Shown: positions 39,772 to 48,371, numbered from the stretch's first letter. The stretch is DNA of 64,000 bases from Planctomycetota bacterium (GCA_038227875.1 JBBRPR010000008.1:128001-192000); one strand, 5' to 3'. Notes: generated by a model from the letters alone, not told the origin. Program-made: numbers and translations.

Positions 39772-40110
39772 ATGACTGAGGCTCCGCGGCGGAAAATATG
39801 GCAGTGGCATCTCAGCACGGCGATTGTGATGTCGTTTGTTGCAGGAGGGATCGTTTGGGCGAATACGGTTAAGCATTATGGCGTTGAAATTTGGGAAGGT
39901 GATCGCGTTCATCAATATTTCTACGGTTGGCCATTGTATTATTCAAAGTATGTCAGTGACCCACCGCCCGGCCTTTCCGGGTATGTTCAAGCTCCATATT
40001 GGAATTATTCCTATGAGTGTTTTGCGCTCGATGTTGCCATCGGGATTGGGATATTGTTGGTAACCGGATTCCTAATTGAGTTTGTTCTGCGTCGCCGTGC
40101 CGCCTCATAA
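39772..40110 (+). CDS. Small two-TM membrane protein, AT-rich
   Basis: WQWHLSTAIVMSFVAGGIVWAN...YGWP...ALDVAIGIGILLVTGFLIEFVLRRR. Confidence 0.7.
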   Translation: MTEAPRRKIWQWHLSTAIVMSFVAGGIVWANTVKHYGVEIWEGDRVHQYFYGWPLYYSKYVSDPPPGLSGYVQAPYWNYSYECFALDVAIGIGILLVTGFLIEFVLRRRAAS

Positions 40111-40484
40111 GCTAATCTGAGTGCTCTTCGGGAGCGCACGGGCTGGATGCCGCAACCCTTTCAGGGTTGTCTCGCAGGTTTGGTGCCTCACCCCAGGGTA
40201 GCCGTTAGCCCTTTGGGCTAAATGACAATGACGAGGACGACTGAGCGCACGACTCGGACATAGTTCGAGTAGTTTGGTAGGCCAGGCGCCACGCATGCGT
40301 CTGAAAACGGCCTCAGACGCATGGCACCCAACGACGACACGGGAGCAAGACGAGAGCAATGGTATTGGACAGCGGCCAAGTGCACCGTCTAGCACCCCTC
40401 CGGGGTGCCGCCGCTAGTGGGCGCATTGTCCGGTGGTGTCGCTGCGCTCAACCACCGGCTAATGTCTATGAACCCTCCGGGTTC
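40111..40484. repeat. Cluster of REP-like short palindromes
   Basis: GCTCTTCGGGAGC, CAACCCTTTCAGGGTTG, TTAGCCCTTTGGGCTAA, ATGCGTCTGA..TCAGACGCAT, GCACCCCTCCGGGGTGC, CCGGTGGT..ACCACCGGCTAA, GAACCCTCCGGGTTC. Confidence 0.75.
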
Positions 40485-40532
40485 ACGGTGGCGAAGTTCG
40501 AGCATTGGAGTTGGGCTTGCCGCGGCAGCGAA

Positions 40533-40567
40533 CACAATTCAAAACTAAAAATTCAAAACTCAAAACT
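40533..40567. repeat. Heptamer tandem repeat (CAAAACT family), single arm
   Basis: cacaatt caaaact aaaaatt caaaact caaaact. Confidence 0.8.
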
Positions 40568-40601
40568 GCCGTCAAGCACACACTAAACCCCAGCGCGCTG
40601 C

Positions 40602-41417
40602 CTAAAACTCCGGCTCGTTCGCAAACTTCTCCACCGGCTTCGCTTGCGCGGCGGTCAGCGGCGGGGGGTCGCGGTAGGCCTCCACTTCGACCACGTGGAA
40701 GAAACTGTTGACGTTGTTGTACGTGCCGGTCAGCCGGATTTGTTTGACGACTTGCAGCTCGAAATGGATGTCCTGCCAGCCACGGCATTCGTCGTCGTTC
40801 TTGGCGGGGTCGGCGACGGTGATCCAGTGGTCGGGCTGGCCGTCGGCGCTGACTTCCAGCTTGTAGTAGTAGTAGCGTTCCTCGGCGAGATTCCAGAGCA
40901 GGATGCGGATGCAGTTGAGCTTCACGGGCTGTGCCAGCGTGATCAGGAACGGCTGGGCCGGTTCGATCGTCGACGTGGCGAAACCGCTTCCGCCGGTGTA
41001 GCTCAAGTTGCCGTCGATCAGGCAGTCGGGGTTGCGGCCGCCGGTCGCGGTGGCGCCGTTGCTGGCGAGCGCGAAGTTGGTGCCGGGCGCGTATGTCTTT
41101 TCAGTCTCAGTTTGGCCCGGTGCGGGGGCGGGTTTGTCGAGGCCATTGGGCGGCACGATCACCACGGACGGGGTGGTCGGCACGGGCTCATCGACTATCA
41201 CTGGCTTGGGTGCGGGAGGTTCGATGTGCGGGCCGCGGTCGAAGACTCTCGAATCTGAGAAGGCGAAGGCGATGACCACGGCGGCGATGGCGCCGGAGAT
41301 CAGGCCGAGTGGACCGAACGCGCTGAAACGCGGACCGCCTCGCCCGGGTCCATCGCCGGGTCCATCGGAGGGGTTAGAAGGGCCTGCCGGGTTGGGCTGC
41401 TCAGACTGACTCATCAT
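40602..41417 (-). CDS. Membrane-anchored discoidin (F5/8 type C) domain protein
   Basis: TM LGLISGAIAAVVIAFAF; NFALASNGATA, LIDG, YKLEVSADG, FHVVEVEAY. Confidence 0.8.
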   Translation of the reverse strand: MMSQSEQPNPAGPSNPSDGPGDGPGRGGPRFSAFGPLGLISGAIAAVVIAFAFSDSRVFDRGPHIEPPAPKPVIVDEPVPTTPSVVIVPPNGLDKPAPAPGQTETEKTYAPGTNFALASNGATATGGRNPDCLIDGNLSYTGGSGFATSTIEPAQPFLITLAQPVKLNCIRILLWNLAEERYYYYKLEVSADGQPDHWITVADPAKNDDECRGWQDIHFELQVVKQIRLTGTYNNVNSFFHVVEVEAYRDPPPLTAAQAKPVEKFANEPEF

Positions 41418-41502
41418 AACCTTTAAACGCAAAAACCGTACAAAGGTCTCGGGAATATTGGAAGAGATTCGGACCTTATACGTCCAACACTCGCGCGCGG
41501 TG

Positions 41503-41958
41503 TTACGGATTGGCCGGCTGGTCGTCGGCCTTGAGTTCGTTCTGGGCGTCCTGGCGTTTGGTGCCGCCGGGTCCGAAAAGTTTCAGAGCCGCGCGGTTGA
41601 GGTGGAATTTGCTCTGATGACACGTGGCACAGTCCTGATTCAGACCGAACGACGGGCTTTTGCGCATGATCTGTGCGCGGTTGCCGATCTGGGTGAGGAC
41701 CAGTTTGTCGGGCGACTGGATGTCTTCGACCTTGTCAGTTGTGTGGCAGAATTTGCAGTCCACGCGGTACCGGTCGGATTCCTGCTGGCATTCGCGCACG
41801 ACCTTCTGCCGCGGCGTTTCCTTGATGCGGCGGTCGAAGAGCTTGGAATCGCGGATGGAATCAATGGCGCCGCTGGTCGTCGGCGTATCCACCGAGCAGG
41901 CGCTGATGACGCAGACGATCATAGCGGTTAAGGTGTAGAGGCAGTACTTGGGTGTCAC
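41503..41958 (-). CDS. Di-heme c-type cytochrome lipoprotein
   Basis: AGGAG RBS, GTG start, lipobox ISA-C; CKFCH and CATCH. Confidence 0.75.
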   Translation of the reverse strand: MTPKYCLYTLTAMIVCVISACSVDTPTTSGAIDSIRDSKLFDRRIKETPRQKVVRECQQESDRYRVDCKFCHTTDKVEDIQSPDKLVLTQIGNRAQIMRKSPSFGLNQDCATCHQSKFHLNRAALKLFGPGGTKRQDAQNELKADDQPANP

Positions 41959-42022
41959 TGTGGGTCTCCTGGTTGTTAACTTACTTGCGCGTGTCCGGAT
42001 TGCAAAGGGCGTCTTGCGACGC

Positions 42023-42218
42023 GGCGTCTGACGACGCAGGGGTCAGGGGTCAGGGGCCAGGGGTCAGAAGTTGGGTGCGTTCATTTTAATGTTGCCTTGT
42101 CCGGGTTGGGTGTAGAGGCGCAAGCGGTTGGGATTACCGTTGGGCAGAAAACGAGATTCAGCATGTACGCGCTCCCAACTCTGGCCCCTAACCCCTAACC
42201 CCTGCGTCGAAAGACGCC
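42023..42218. repeat. Inverted heptamer-arm cassette (AGGGGTC family) with 86-nt spacer
   Basis: Left arm 42023-42080 GGCGTCTGACGACGCAGGGGTCAGGGGTCAGGGGCCAGGGGTCAGAAGTTGGG..; right arm 42167-42218 is its reverse complement minus one heptamer. Confidence 0.85.
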
Positions 42219-42319
42219 TCAGAAAAAGTTTGCTTCAGGTGCATGTTGCGCATTGAATGGCCGATAATGTTCGTATAGGGTTTTGCTCCTTAGAGTTATG
42301 CTCTCCTTAAGGGGGAGCA

Positions 42320-43303
42320 GTGAAAGGGCTTAAACTGGAATCGATCTTTACTTACATCGGCTACAGAGCGATCACGGCACTATCGAATTTGTTGCCGCGG
42401 GGGACGCAATATGCGATTGCGCACCGCATGGCCGACGCTCATTACCTGTTCGATAAGCGCGCGCGAGAGAGCGTGAAGGCCAACCTTCGTGCGATTTTGG
42501 GGCCCGATGCTTCTGAAGAGAGCGTGCGCGAACAGGCGCGCTGGGTGTTCCGGTCGTTCGGGATGTACCTGTGCGAATTTCTGGGCTACCGGCATTACGG
42601 ACCGGCCTTTGTGGACGCTCATGTCACGGTGCAGGGCCGCGAGTACCTCGACGCGGCATTGGCGCGCGGCAAGGGTGTGATTTTCTGTTCGGCGCATTAT
42701 TCCAACTGGGAACTGGGCGCGACGACGTTCGCGCATCTCGGTTATCCGGTGGTCGCGATCACGCAGATGCATGCGCATTCGAAGGTGAACGAGATGTTCG
42801 TCCGCCAGCGCGCGGTGCGCGGCGTGGAAGTGGTGCATAGCGATCGGGGCGCGAAGGCGGCGCTGAAGGCGCTGCGTTCGAACAAGACCGTGGCAATGCT
42901 CGGCGATCGGACCACAGGCGGGCCCGTCGTCAACGTGAAGCTCTTCGGGCGCAGCACGGGGATTCCACAGGGACCGTGGCGCATGGCGTACACGACCGGC
43001 GCAACGGTGCTGCCGACGTTCATTCACCGCCGCTTCAACAATTCGTACACGATGGAAATTTCGCCGGCGATCACGCTTGAGCAGGGCGACCGCGATCAGG
43101 CCATGGCGGTGGCGGCTCAGGCGTGGGCCAACTGCCTGGAAGCTCAACTGCGCGCCGATCCGTGTCAGTGGGCGACGTTCACGCCGTTCTGGGATGCAAA
43201 CGGGATTGCGGGGACGGCAGGGGCGGGGCAGGACTTGCTCGACGTGGGCGAAAAAGTTGACGCGGCGGCAAATCCGCCGAAGATGTCCGCACAGGACGCG
43301 TGA
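42320..43303 (+). CDS. Lysophospholipid acyltransferase, LpxL/HtrB (lipid A lauroyltransferase)/PatA family
   Basis: SAHYSNWE catalytic motif, MLGDR, V.LFG, PCQW. Confidence 0.85.
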   Translation: MKGLKLESIFTYIGYRAITALSNLLPRGTQYAIAHRMADAHYLFDKRARESVKANLRAILGPDASEESVREQARWVFRSFGMYLCEFLGYRHYGPAFVDAHVTVQGREYLDAALARGKGVIFCSAHYSNWELGATTFAHLGYPVVAITQMHAHSKVNEMFVRQRAVRGVEVVHSDRGAKAALKALRSNKTVAMLGDRTTGGPVVNVKLFGRSTGIPQGPWRMAYTTGATVLPTFIHRRFNNSYTMEISPAITLEQGDRDQAMAVAAQAWANCLEAQLRADPCQWATFTPFWDANGIAGTAGAGQDLLDVGEKVDAAANPPKMSAQDA

Positions 43304-43344
43304 GAGTTCGACACCAGCACGAGCAAGAGCATCAGGAGGGATGA

Positions 43345-44034
43345 ATGGGCGTACGACCGGAACGTTGCGACGAAATTTGTGCGATCATCCCCTGCTACAA
43401 CGAAGCGGCGTCGATCCGGCGGATTGTGCGCGCGACGAAAGTTCATGTTGGGACAGTGCTGGTGGTTGATGATTGTTCCACCGACGACACGGTGAAGGAA
43501 GCCGAAGCAGCCGGCGCGGTGGTCCTGCGTCATCCCAGAAACCAGGGCAAGGGTGCGGCGCTGAAGACGGCGTTCCGCGAAGCGGCGGCGCGCGGTTTCA
43601 AAGCCGCAGTGACCATTGACGGCGACGGCCAGCACGACACTACGGAAATTCCGCTCTTTGTGGACGCGTATCTGCAGGGCGATTGCCATCTGGTGCTCGG
43701 CAACCGCATGGACGACACGCGTTCGATGCCGTTTGTGCGGCGCTACACCAATCGCTTTACGTCGTGGGCGATCAGTCGCATGGTCGGCGTGCCGATCCGC
43801 GATACACAGTGCGGCTTTCGGTTGATCGGCCTGGATTTCTGGCAGGCGACGCGCCTGGACAGCTGCCGCTTCGATCTCGAGTCAGAGATCCTGATCAAAG
43901 CCTGCCGCAGCGGCGCGAAGGTGAAGCAGGTGCGCGTGCGGACGATCTATTTCGGCACGGACCGGAGCAAGATCAATCCGGTGGTCGACACGTATCGGTT
44001 TTTTCATATTTTGTGGCGCTGCAGGAACGCTTGA
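43345..44034 (+). CDS. Glycosyltransferase family 2 (polyprenol-phosphate mannosyltransferase-like)
   Basis: IIPCYNE, VVDDCSTD, NQGKGAAL, DGDGQH, DTQCGFR. Confidence 0.9.
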   Translation: MGVRPERCDEICAIIPCYNEAASIRRIVRATKVHVGTVLVVDDCSTDDTVKEAEAAGAVVLRHPRNQGKGAALKTAFREAAARGFKAAVTIDGDGQHDTTEIPLFVDAYLQGDCHLVLGNRMDDTRSMPFVRRYTNRFTSWAISRMVGVPIRDTQCGFRLIGLDFWQATRLDSCRFDLESEILIKACRSGAKVKQVRVRTIYFGTDRSKINPVVDTYRFFHILWRCRNA

Positions 44035-44200
44035 ACGGCATTTCGGATTGCGGATTGCGGATTGCGGATTGCGGATTGGAAATCGGACGCGACCCGCATG
44101 AAGACAGTTGGCTGTGCTGGATACAATTTGAATTTTGCTCTCGAAATAATAGTCGCCTTCTAATCCGCAATCCGCAATCCGAAATCCGCAATCGCCGTTC
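44033..44200. repeat. Inverted heptamer-arm cassette (CGGATTG family) with 76-nt spacer between convergent genes
   Basis: Left arm GAACGGCATTT(CGGATTG)5GAA at 44033-44081; right arm 44158-44200 is the reverse complement with one fewer unit. Confidence 0.9.
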
Positions 44201-45461
44201 TCAGTTCCTCCCGGTCGGGTCGTGAGCCGATGAATTTGCGGAGGTGGATCATTTCGTCCATGCCGTGATGGTTTTGGGCGAGGCCTTCGCGCAAGGTGGT
44301 CAGGCGCTGGACCTGGCGCGAAGTGAAAGCGGTTGTGTCGCCGGGTGTTTTGGCGCCGAGGAGTTGTGCTTCGAGTTGCGATTCGAGCGTGTCGAGGCCT
44401 TCACCGGTTTGCGCAGAAATGGCGATGGGATCGCGGCCGATTAAAAATCCGAGGCCGGCGGCGGTCTCGTCGAGGCCGAGGTCCTTCTTGTTCAAGATCA
44501 GCAAGGTCGGGCCGTGGGCGAGCATGGTCTTGAGCAGCTCGACGTGGGCGTCGTCGGGCGGGCATGAGCCGTCGAGGACGACCAGTCGCAGCTCAGCGGA
44601 TTTGGCGGCTTCAAGCGCGCGGCGCTGGCCTTCGGCTTCGACAGCATCATCTGCGGCGTGGCGCAAGCCGGCAGTGTCGCTGAGGATGACGTTCATGCCG
44701 CGGATGTCGAGCGCGGTGTCAAGTTTGTCGCGCGTCGTTCCGGGTTGAGCGCTGACGATGTGGCGGTCGGCGCGCGCGAGCAGATTGGCGAGCGTCGACT
44801 TGCCGGCGTTCACGGGGCCGACGATGGCGATCGTGTGCGGGCGCAGCAGGTTCAGGGCGTAGGCGGAATTGGCGATGGCTTCGTCGGCGGCGCTGATGAT
44901 CTTCGCGCGCCAGTCGTCGCGTTTTTCACGCAGGCCCAGGGCCATGTCGAAACCGAGGCGCTCCCACTTTTCTTGAAGTGCGCGCGTGGCGAGCAGGAAA
45001 TCGGCCTGGCGGGCGGTGACGGCGGCGGCGAGGCGCACGCGGGATTCGAGCGCCAGCAGTGAGAGCTTGCCATTGAGGTGCGCGCGTTCAAGCAGTTCCG
45101 TGCCCCGAGCTGGGCGGAAGCCGGCTTCGAGCAGCAGCGCTTCGAGCGCGGCGAGCGTTCCCACTCCGCCGTGGCAGGAGACTTCGATCTGCGTGTTGCC
45201 GGTCCAGCTCTTGGAAAAGTCGACGACCGAGACGACGACGTCGTCGACCACGCGCAGTTTCTCGTCGAGCACGCGGCCGTACTGGAGCGCGCCATCTTCG
45301 CGGGAGAGTTTTCGCTTGGAAGCGAAGAGCGGTTCGAAGCGCAGCAGCGTTTCATCGCCATCGAGCAGCAGCGTGGCGATGCCGCCGGATCCGGCGCTCG
45401 TGACGCGCGCGAAGACTGGAGAGCGCGACTCATTGGGATCGGGAGGCGGGGCGATTTTCAT
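44160..45461 (-). CDS. mnmE: MnmE/TrmE-like tRNA modification GTPase (divergent)
   Basis: SWTG...EVSCHGG N-domain, ERAHLNGKL, G1 GPVNAGKS, G2 GTTRD, G3 DTAG, G4 NKKD. Confidence 0.8.
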   Translation of the reverse strand: MKIAPPPDPNESRSPVFARVTSAGSGGIATLLLDGDETLLRFEPLFASKRKLSREDGALQYGRVLDEKLRVVDDVVVSVVDFSKSWTGNTQIEVSCHGGVGTLAALEALLLEAGFRPARGTELLERAHLNGKLSLLALESRVRLAAAVTARQADFLLATRALQEKWERLGFDMALGLREKRDDWRAKIISAADEAIANSAYALNLLRPHTIAIVGPVNAGKSTLANLLARADRHIVSAQPGTTRDKLDTALDIRGMNVILSDTAGLRHAADDAVEAEGQRRALEAAKSAELRLVVLDGSCPPDDAHVELLKTMLAHGPTLLILNKKDLGLDETAAGLGFLIGRDPIAISAQTGEGLDTLESQLEAQLLGAKTPGDTTAFTSRQVQRLTTLREGLAQNHHGMDEMIHLRKFIGSRPDREELRTAIADFGLRIAD

Positions 45462-46291
45462 GGCTGCGCCGCGCGGTAAGCCGCGAACAGACCGAGGTGA
45501 ACGAGATCAGCCTGCAATTCCAGCTGCCAATTGGGGTACGCTTCGAAGCCCTTGATCAGGTGCGGCAGAAGTTCCTCCGCGCCGCCGCCGGTGAGCAGGA
45601 TGCGCGCGGTGTCGCCGAGCAATTGGCGCTGCGCGATCGCGCCGGAGATCGCGCCGGAAACGTACGCGTGCCAGGCGCCGCGGGTCATCGCTTCGTCGGT
45701 ATTGCGGCCGAGCGCGGTGTGGGCATCCAGCTTTTCCGGCAGCGGGACGTGTTCGAGGCGCGGCAGGCGCTGGGTAAGATTCTTGAGCGCGCCGAGCATC
45801 ATGTCTTGGCCGGGAAGGATCAGGCCGCCTTCAAATTTTCCGGGCGTGACGGCGTTGATGGTCAGCGCGGTGCCGGAGTCGATCACGACGGCCGGGGAAT
45901 CCGGATCGAGCGCCAGCGCGCCGAGCGCTCCGGCGATGCGGTCGTCGCCGACTTTCTCGGGGGGCGAGGGAACAATCTGAATCGGCGCGGGCAGTTCGGG
46001 AGTGCGGAAACGGCGCACGGAATAGCCGCTGGCTTCCAGCCAGATTTTCAGTTCGTCCTGGTAGGCCGGCACGACGCCGGCGAGGACGATGGCTGTTGCG
46101 GCGTCCGCAATGTGTTCGAGCCCCGCGTACGGGGTGGGGGAGGCGGCGCGGTTGAGGCGCAGGTCTTCATGATAAAGACAGGCGTCGTGTGTCGACCACT
46201 TCACGGAGTCGCCGCTGCGGGCGTCTTCTTCCCAGCCCACGCACTTGGTATGCGTGTTGCCGGCCATGATGGTGACGATCGAATAGGTCAT
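45458..46291 (-). CDS. coaX: Type III pantothenate kinase
   Basis: GNT, VGDDR, VIDSGTALT, GGLILPG, LTGG, LVHLGL. Confidence 0.85.
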   Translation of the reverse strand: MTYSIVTIMAGNTHTKCVGWEEDARSGDSVKWSTHDACLYHEDLRLNRAASPTPYAGLEHIADAATAIVLAGVVPAYQDELKIWLEASGYSVRRFRTPELPAPIQIVPSPPEKVGDDRIAGALGALALDPDSPAVVIDSGTALTINAVTPGKFEGGLILPGQDMMLGALKNLTQRLPRLEHVPLPEKLDAHTALGRNTDEAMTRGAWHAYVSGAISGAIAQRQLLGDTARILLTGGGAEELLPHLIKGFEAYPNWQLELQADLVHLGLFAAYRAAQP

Positions 46292-46309
46292 GGTCTGTCG
46301 CGCCTGTGG

Positions 46310-48241
46310 CTAAATTTCAATTTCGGCAGATGCGGGTCGTTGGTCCGGCACCGGGCCGCTGATGAACGTTTTATACCAGAGCTCCAAGGATAACAGAGCG
46401 TAGAGCCGTTCGCCATGCTGCGCCTGCATGTCCTGGTGTTCACGCCAGAGTTGCTCCCAGAAGCGCGGTTTCAGGTAGCCATCGCCGACGAGATGCGAGG
46501 CTTCAAAAGAGGCGATGGCGTGTTTCTGCAGCGGGCCGCGGAACCAGGCGTCGAGCGGCACGCCGAAGCCGCGCTTGCGGGCAGTGGTGACTTCCGGCGG
46601 CAGCGCGCGTTCGGCGGCTTCGCGCAGCAGCGGCTTGGAGCGGTTGCCGGGCAGGCGGACCTTGTCGGGAAGCGAGAGCGCCCACGCGACGAGATCGACG
46701 TCGAGAAACGGCGAGCGTACTTCCAGGCCATGCGCCATCGACATGCGGTCGACCTTGTGGAGGACATCGCCGGGCAGGTACGATTCGAGATCGGCGCGCT
46801 GCAGCACACCCGGCGCGAGGCGCGAGGTCTGGGCGGCGCCGCTGCTGTCGAGAATCGTCTTGGCGCGCAGGAGCGTGTTGTCGAGGTATTCCAGCGCGTC
46901 GCAGCCTTCGGTGGCTTCAAGCAGTTCGGCACCGTAGATACTTTTCTTCTGCTCGGCGCTGAACAATTCCATCGCGGCGATGTAGGGGTGGTGGCCGCGC
47001 AATTCCATCTGGCGGCATTTTTCCAGCCAGCGGAGCATGCGGTCCCAGCCCTGCCGCGAGGCGGCCGGACGACGCCACTTGGCGTAGGCCAGCGCCAGCG
47101 CGCGGAAGACGCGCGGGACGCGCTTGTAGCGTTCAAACAACTGCATGCCGACGTAGCGGTCGTAGCCCGCGAAGACTTCGTCGCCGCCATCGCCGCTCAA
47201 GACCACCGTCGCGTGTGGCTTGGTTTTCTCGGAGAGCACGAACGTCGGCAGGCTGGAGCTGTCGAAGTACGGTTCATCGGTGTGCCAGACCACTTGCGGC
47301 AGAATGCGGAAGACGTCGGCGGGGACTTCGAAGTCGGTGTGCTCCGCGCCGAGAAATTTGGCGGAGAGCTGCGCCAGCGCGCGCTCGTCGTATTCGCGCT
47401 GTGTGAAGCCGGCGCAGAAGGACTTTACGCCGCCGTCGAGCTTCGAGGCGACGAGCGCCGAGTCGATCCCGCCGGAGAGCCACGCGCCGAGCGGGACGTC
47501 GCTGACGGTGCGGCGCTGCACGGCCTGCTGCAACCGGCCATCGAGATCCGCGGGGTCCGCTTCGGTGCGCGTGAGTTCCCACCAGGGGCGGTAGTCGAGC
47601 GTGCCTTTTTGCGCCCAAGCGAGATGGCCGGGCGGCAGCTTTTCGACGTCCTTAAATCCGCTGCGGGGCGGCGGCACGTAACGCCAGGTGAGCGCTTCGT
47701 CGATGGCGACGGGGTCGGGCTCAGGTTTGACGCCGAGAAAAAAGAGCGCTTTGGGTTCGCTGGCGAAGGCGACGAAGCCGGGGCGTTCGCAGAAGTAAAG
47801 CGGCTTGACGCCCAGCGGATCGCGCGCGAGCAGGAGCCGGCGTTCGTTGGAATCCCAGATCGCGAACGCGAACATGCCACGCAGTTTGGGCAGCAGCGCT
47901 TCGCCCCACTGTTCAAATCCGTGGACGAGGACTTCGGTGTCGGATTGGCTATTAAAGGTGTGTCCGCTGGCGCGGAGTTCGTCGCGCAATTCGCGGAAGT
48001 TGTAGATCTCGCCGTTGAAAACGACGTGGACGGATCCGTTCTCGTTGGCCATCGGCTGATCGCCGGCCGGCGAGAGGTCGATCACTTTCAAGCGGCGGAA
48101 ACCGAGCACGATCTGGGTATCGTGCCAGAGTCCGGCGGAATCTGGCCCGCGATGCGCAAGAACCGAAGCCGCGCGCGCGACGCGAGCCGGGTCTTCGCTT
48201 TCCAGAGAATTCCACCGCAGCAGTCCGACGATTCCGCACAT
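46310..48241 (-). CDS. asnB: Asparagine synthase (glutamine-hydrolysing) family amidotransferase
   Basis: MCGIVG, HRGPD, NGEIYN, RDPLGVKPLY, LSGGIDS, SGDGGDE, DRMSMAHGLEVRSPFLD. Confidence 0.92.
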   Translation of the reverse strand: MCGIVGLLRWNSLESEDPARVARAASVLAHRGPDSAGLWHDTQIVLGFRRLKVIDLSPAGDQPMANENGSVHVVFNGEIYNFRELRDELRASGHTFNSQSDTEVLVHGFEQWGEALLPKLRGMFAFAIWDSNERRLLLARDPLGVKPLYFCERPGFVAFASEPKALFFLGVKPEPDPVAIDEALTWRYVPPPRSGFKDVEKLPPGHLAWAQKGTLDYRPWWELTRTEADPADLDGRLQQAVQRRTVSDVPLGAWLSGGIDSALVASKLDGGVKSFCAGFTQREYDERALAQLSAKFLGAEHTDFEVPADVFRILPQVVWHTDEPYFDSSSLPTFVLSEKTKPHATVVLSGDGGDEVFAGYDRYVGMQLFERYKRVPRVFRALALAYAKWRRPAASRQGWDRMLRWLEKCRQMELRGHHPYIAAMELFSAEQKKSIYGAELLEATEGCDALEYLDNTLLRAKTILDSSGAAQTSRLAPGVLQRADLESYLPGDVLHKVDRMSMAHGLEVRSPFLDVDLVAWALSLPDKVRLPGNRSKPLLREAAERALPPEVTTARKRGFGVPLDAWFRGPLQKHAIASFEASHLVGDGYLKPRFWEQLWREHQDMQAQHGERLYALLSLELWYKTFISGPVPDQRPASAEIEI

Positions 48242-48279
48242 GGGGGTATGGTAGCAGCGCGAGGAAAACTGTAATGGAT

Positions 48280-48365
48280 AGTTTTGAGTTGTGAGTTTTT
48301 AGTCTTGAGTTGGGCGCGACGTTGGCCGCACGCAACTCAGAACTATAAATTCAATACTCAAAACT
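48280..48365. repeat. Inverted heptamer-arm cassette (AGTTTTG/CAAAACT family) with 20-nt spacer
   Basis: 33-nt arms 48280-48312 and 48333-48365 are degenerate reverse complements. Confidence 0.8.
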
Positions 48366-48371
48366 GCTCCG

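Noticed and set aside
43683..44225. ORFs containing ISDCGLRIADCGL / NPQSAIRNPQS, also NSKLKT at 40359-40711 and 47952-48556
   Set aside because: These peptides are translations of the heptamer repeats, not evidence of proteins
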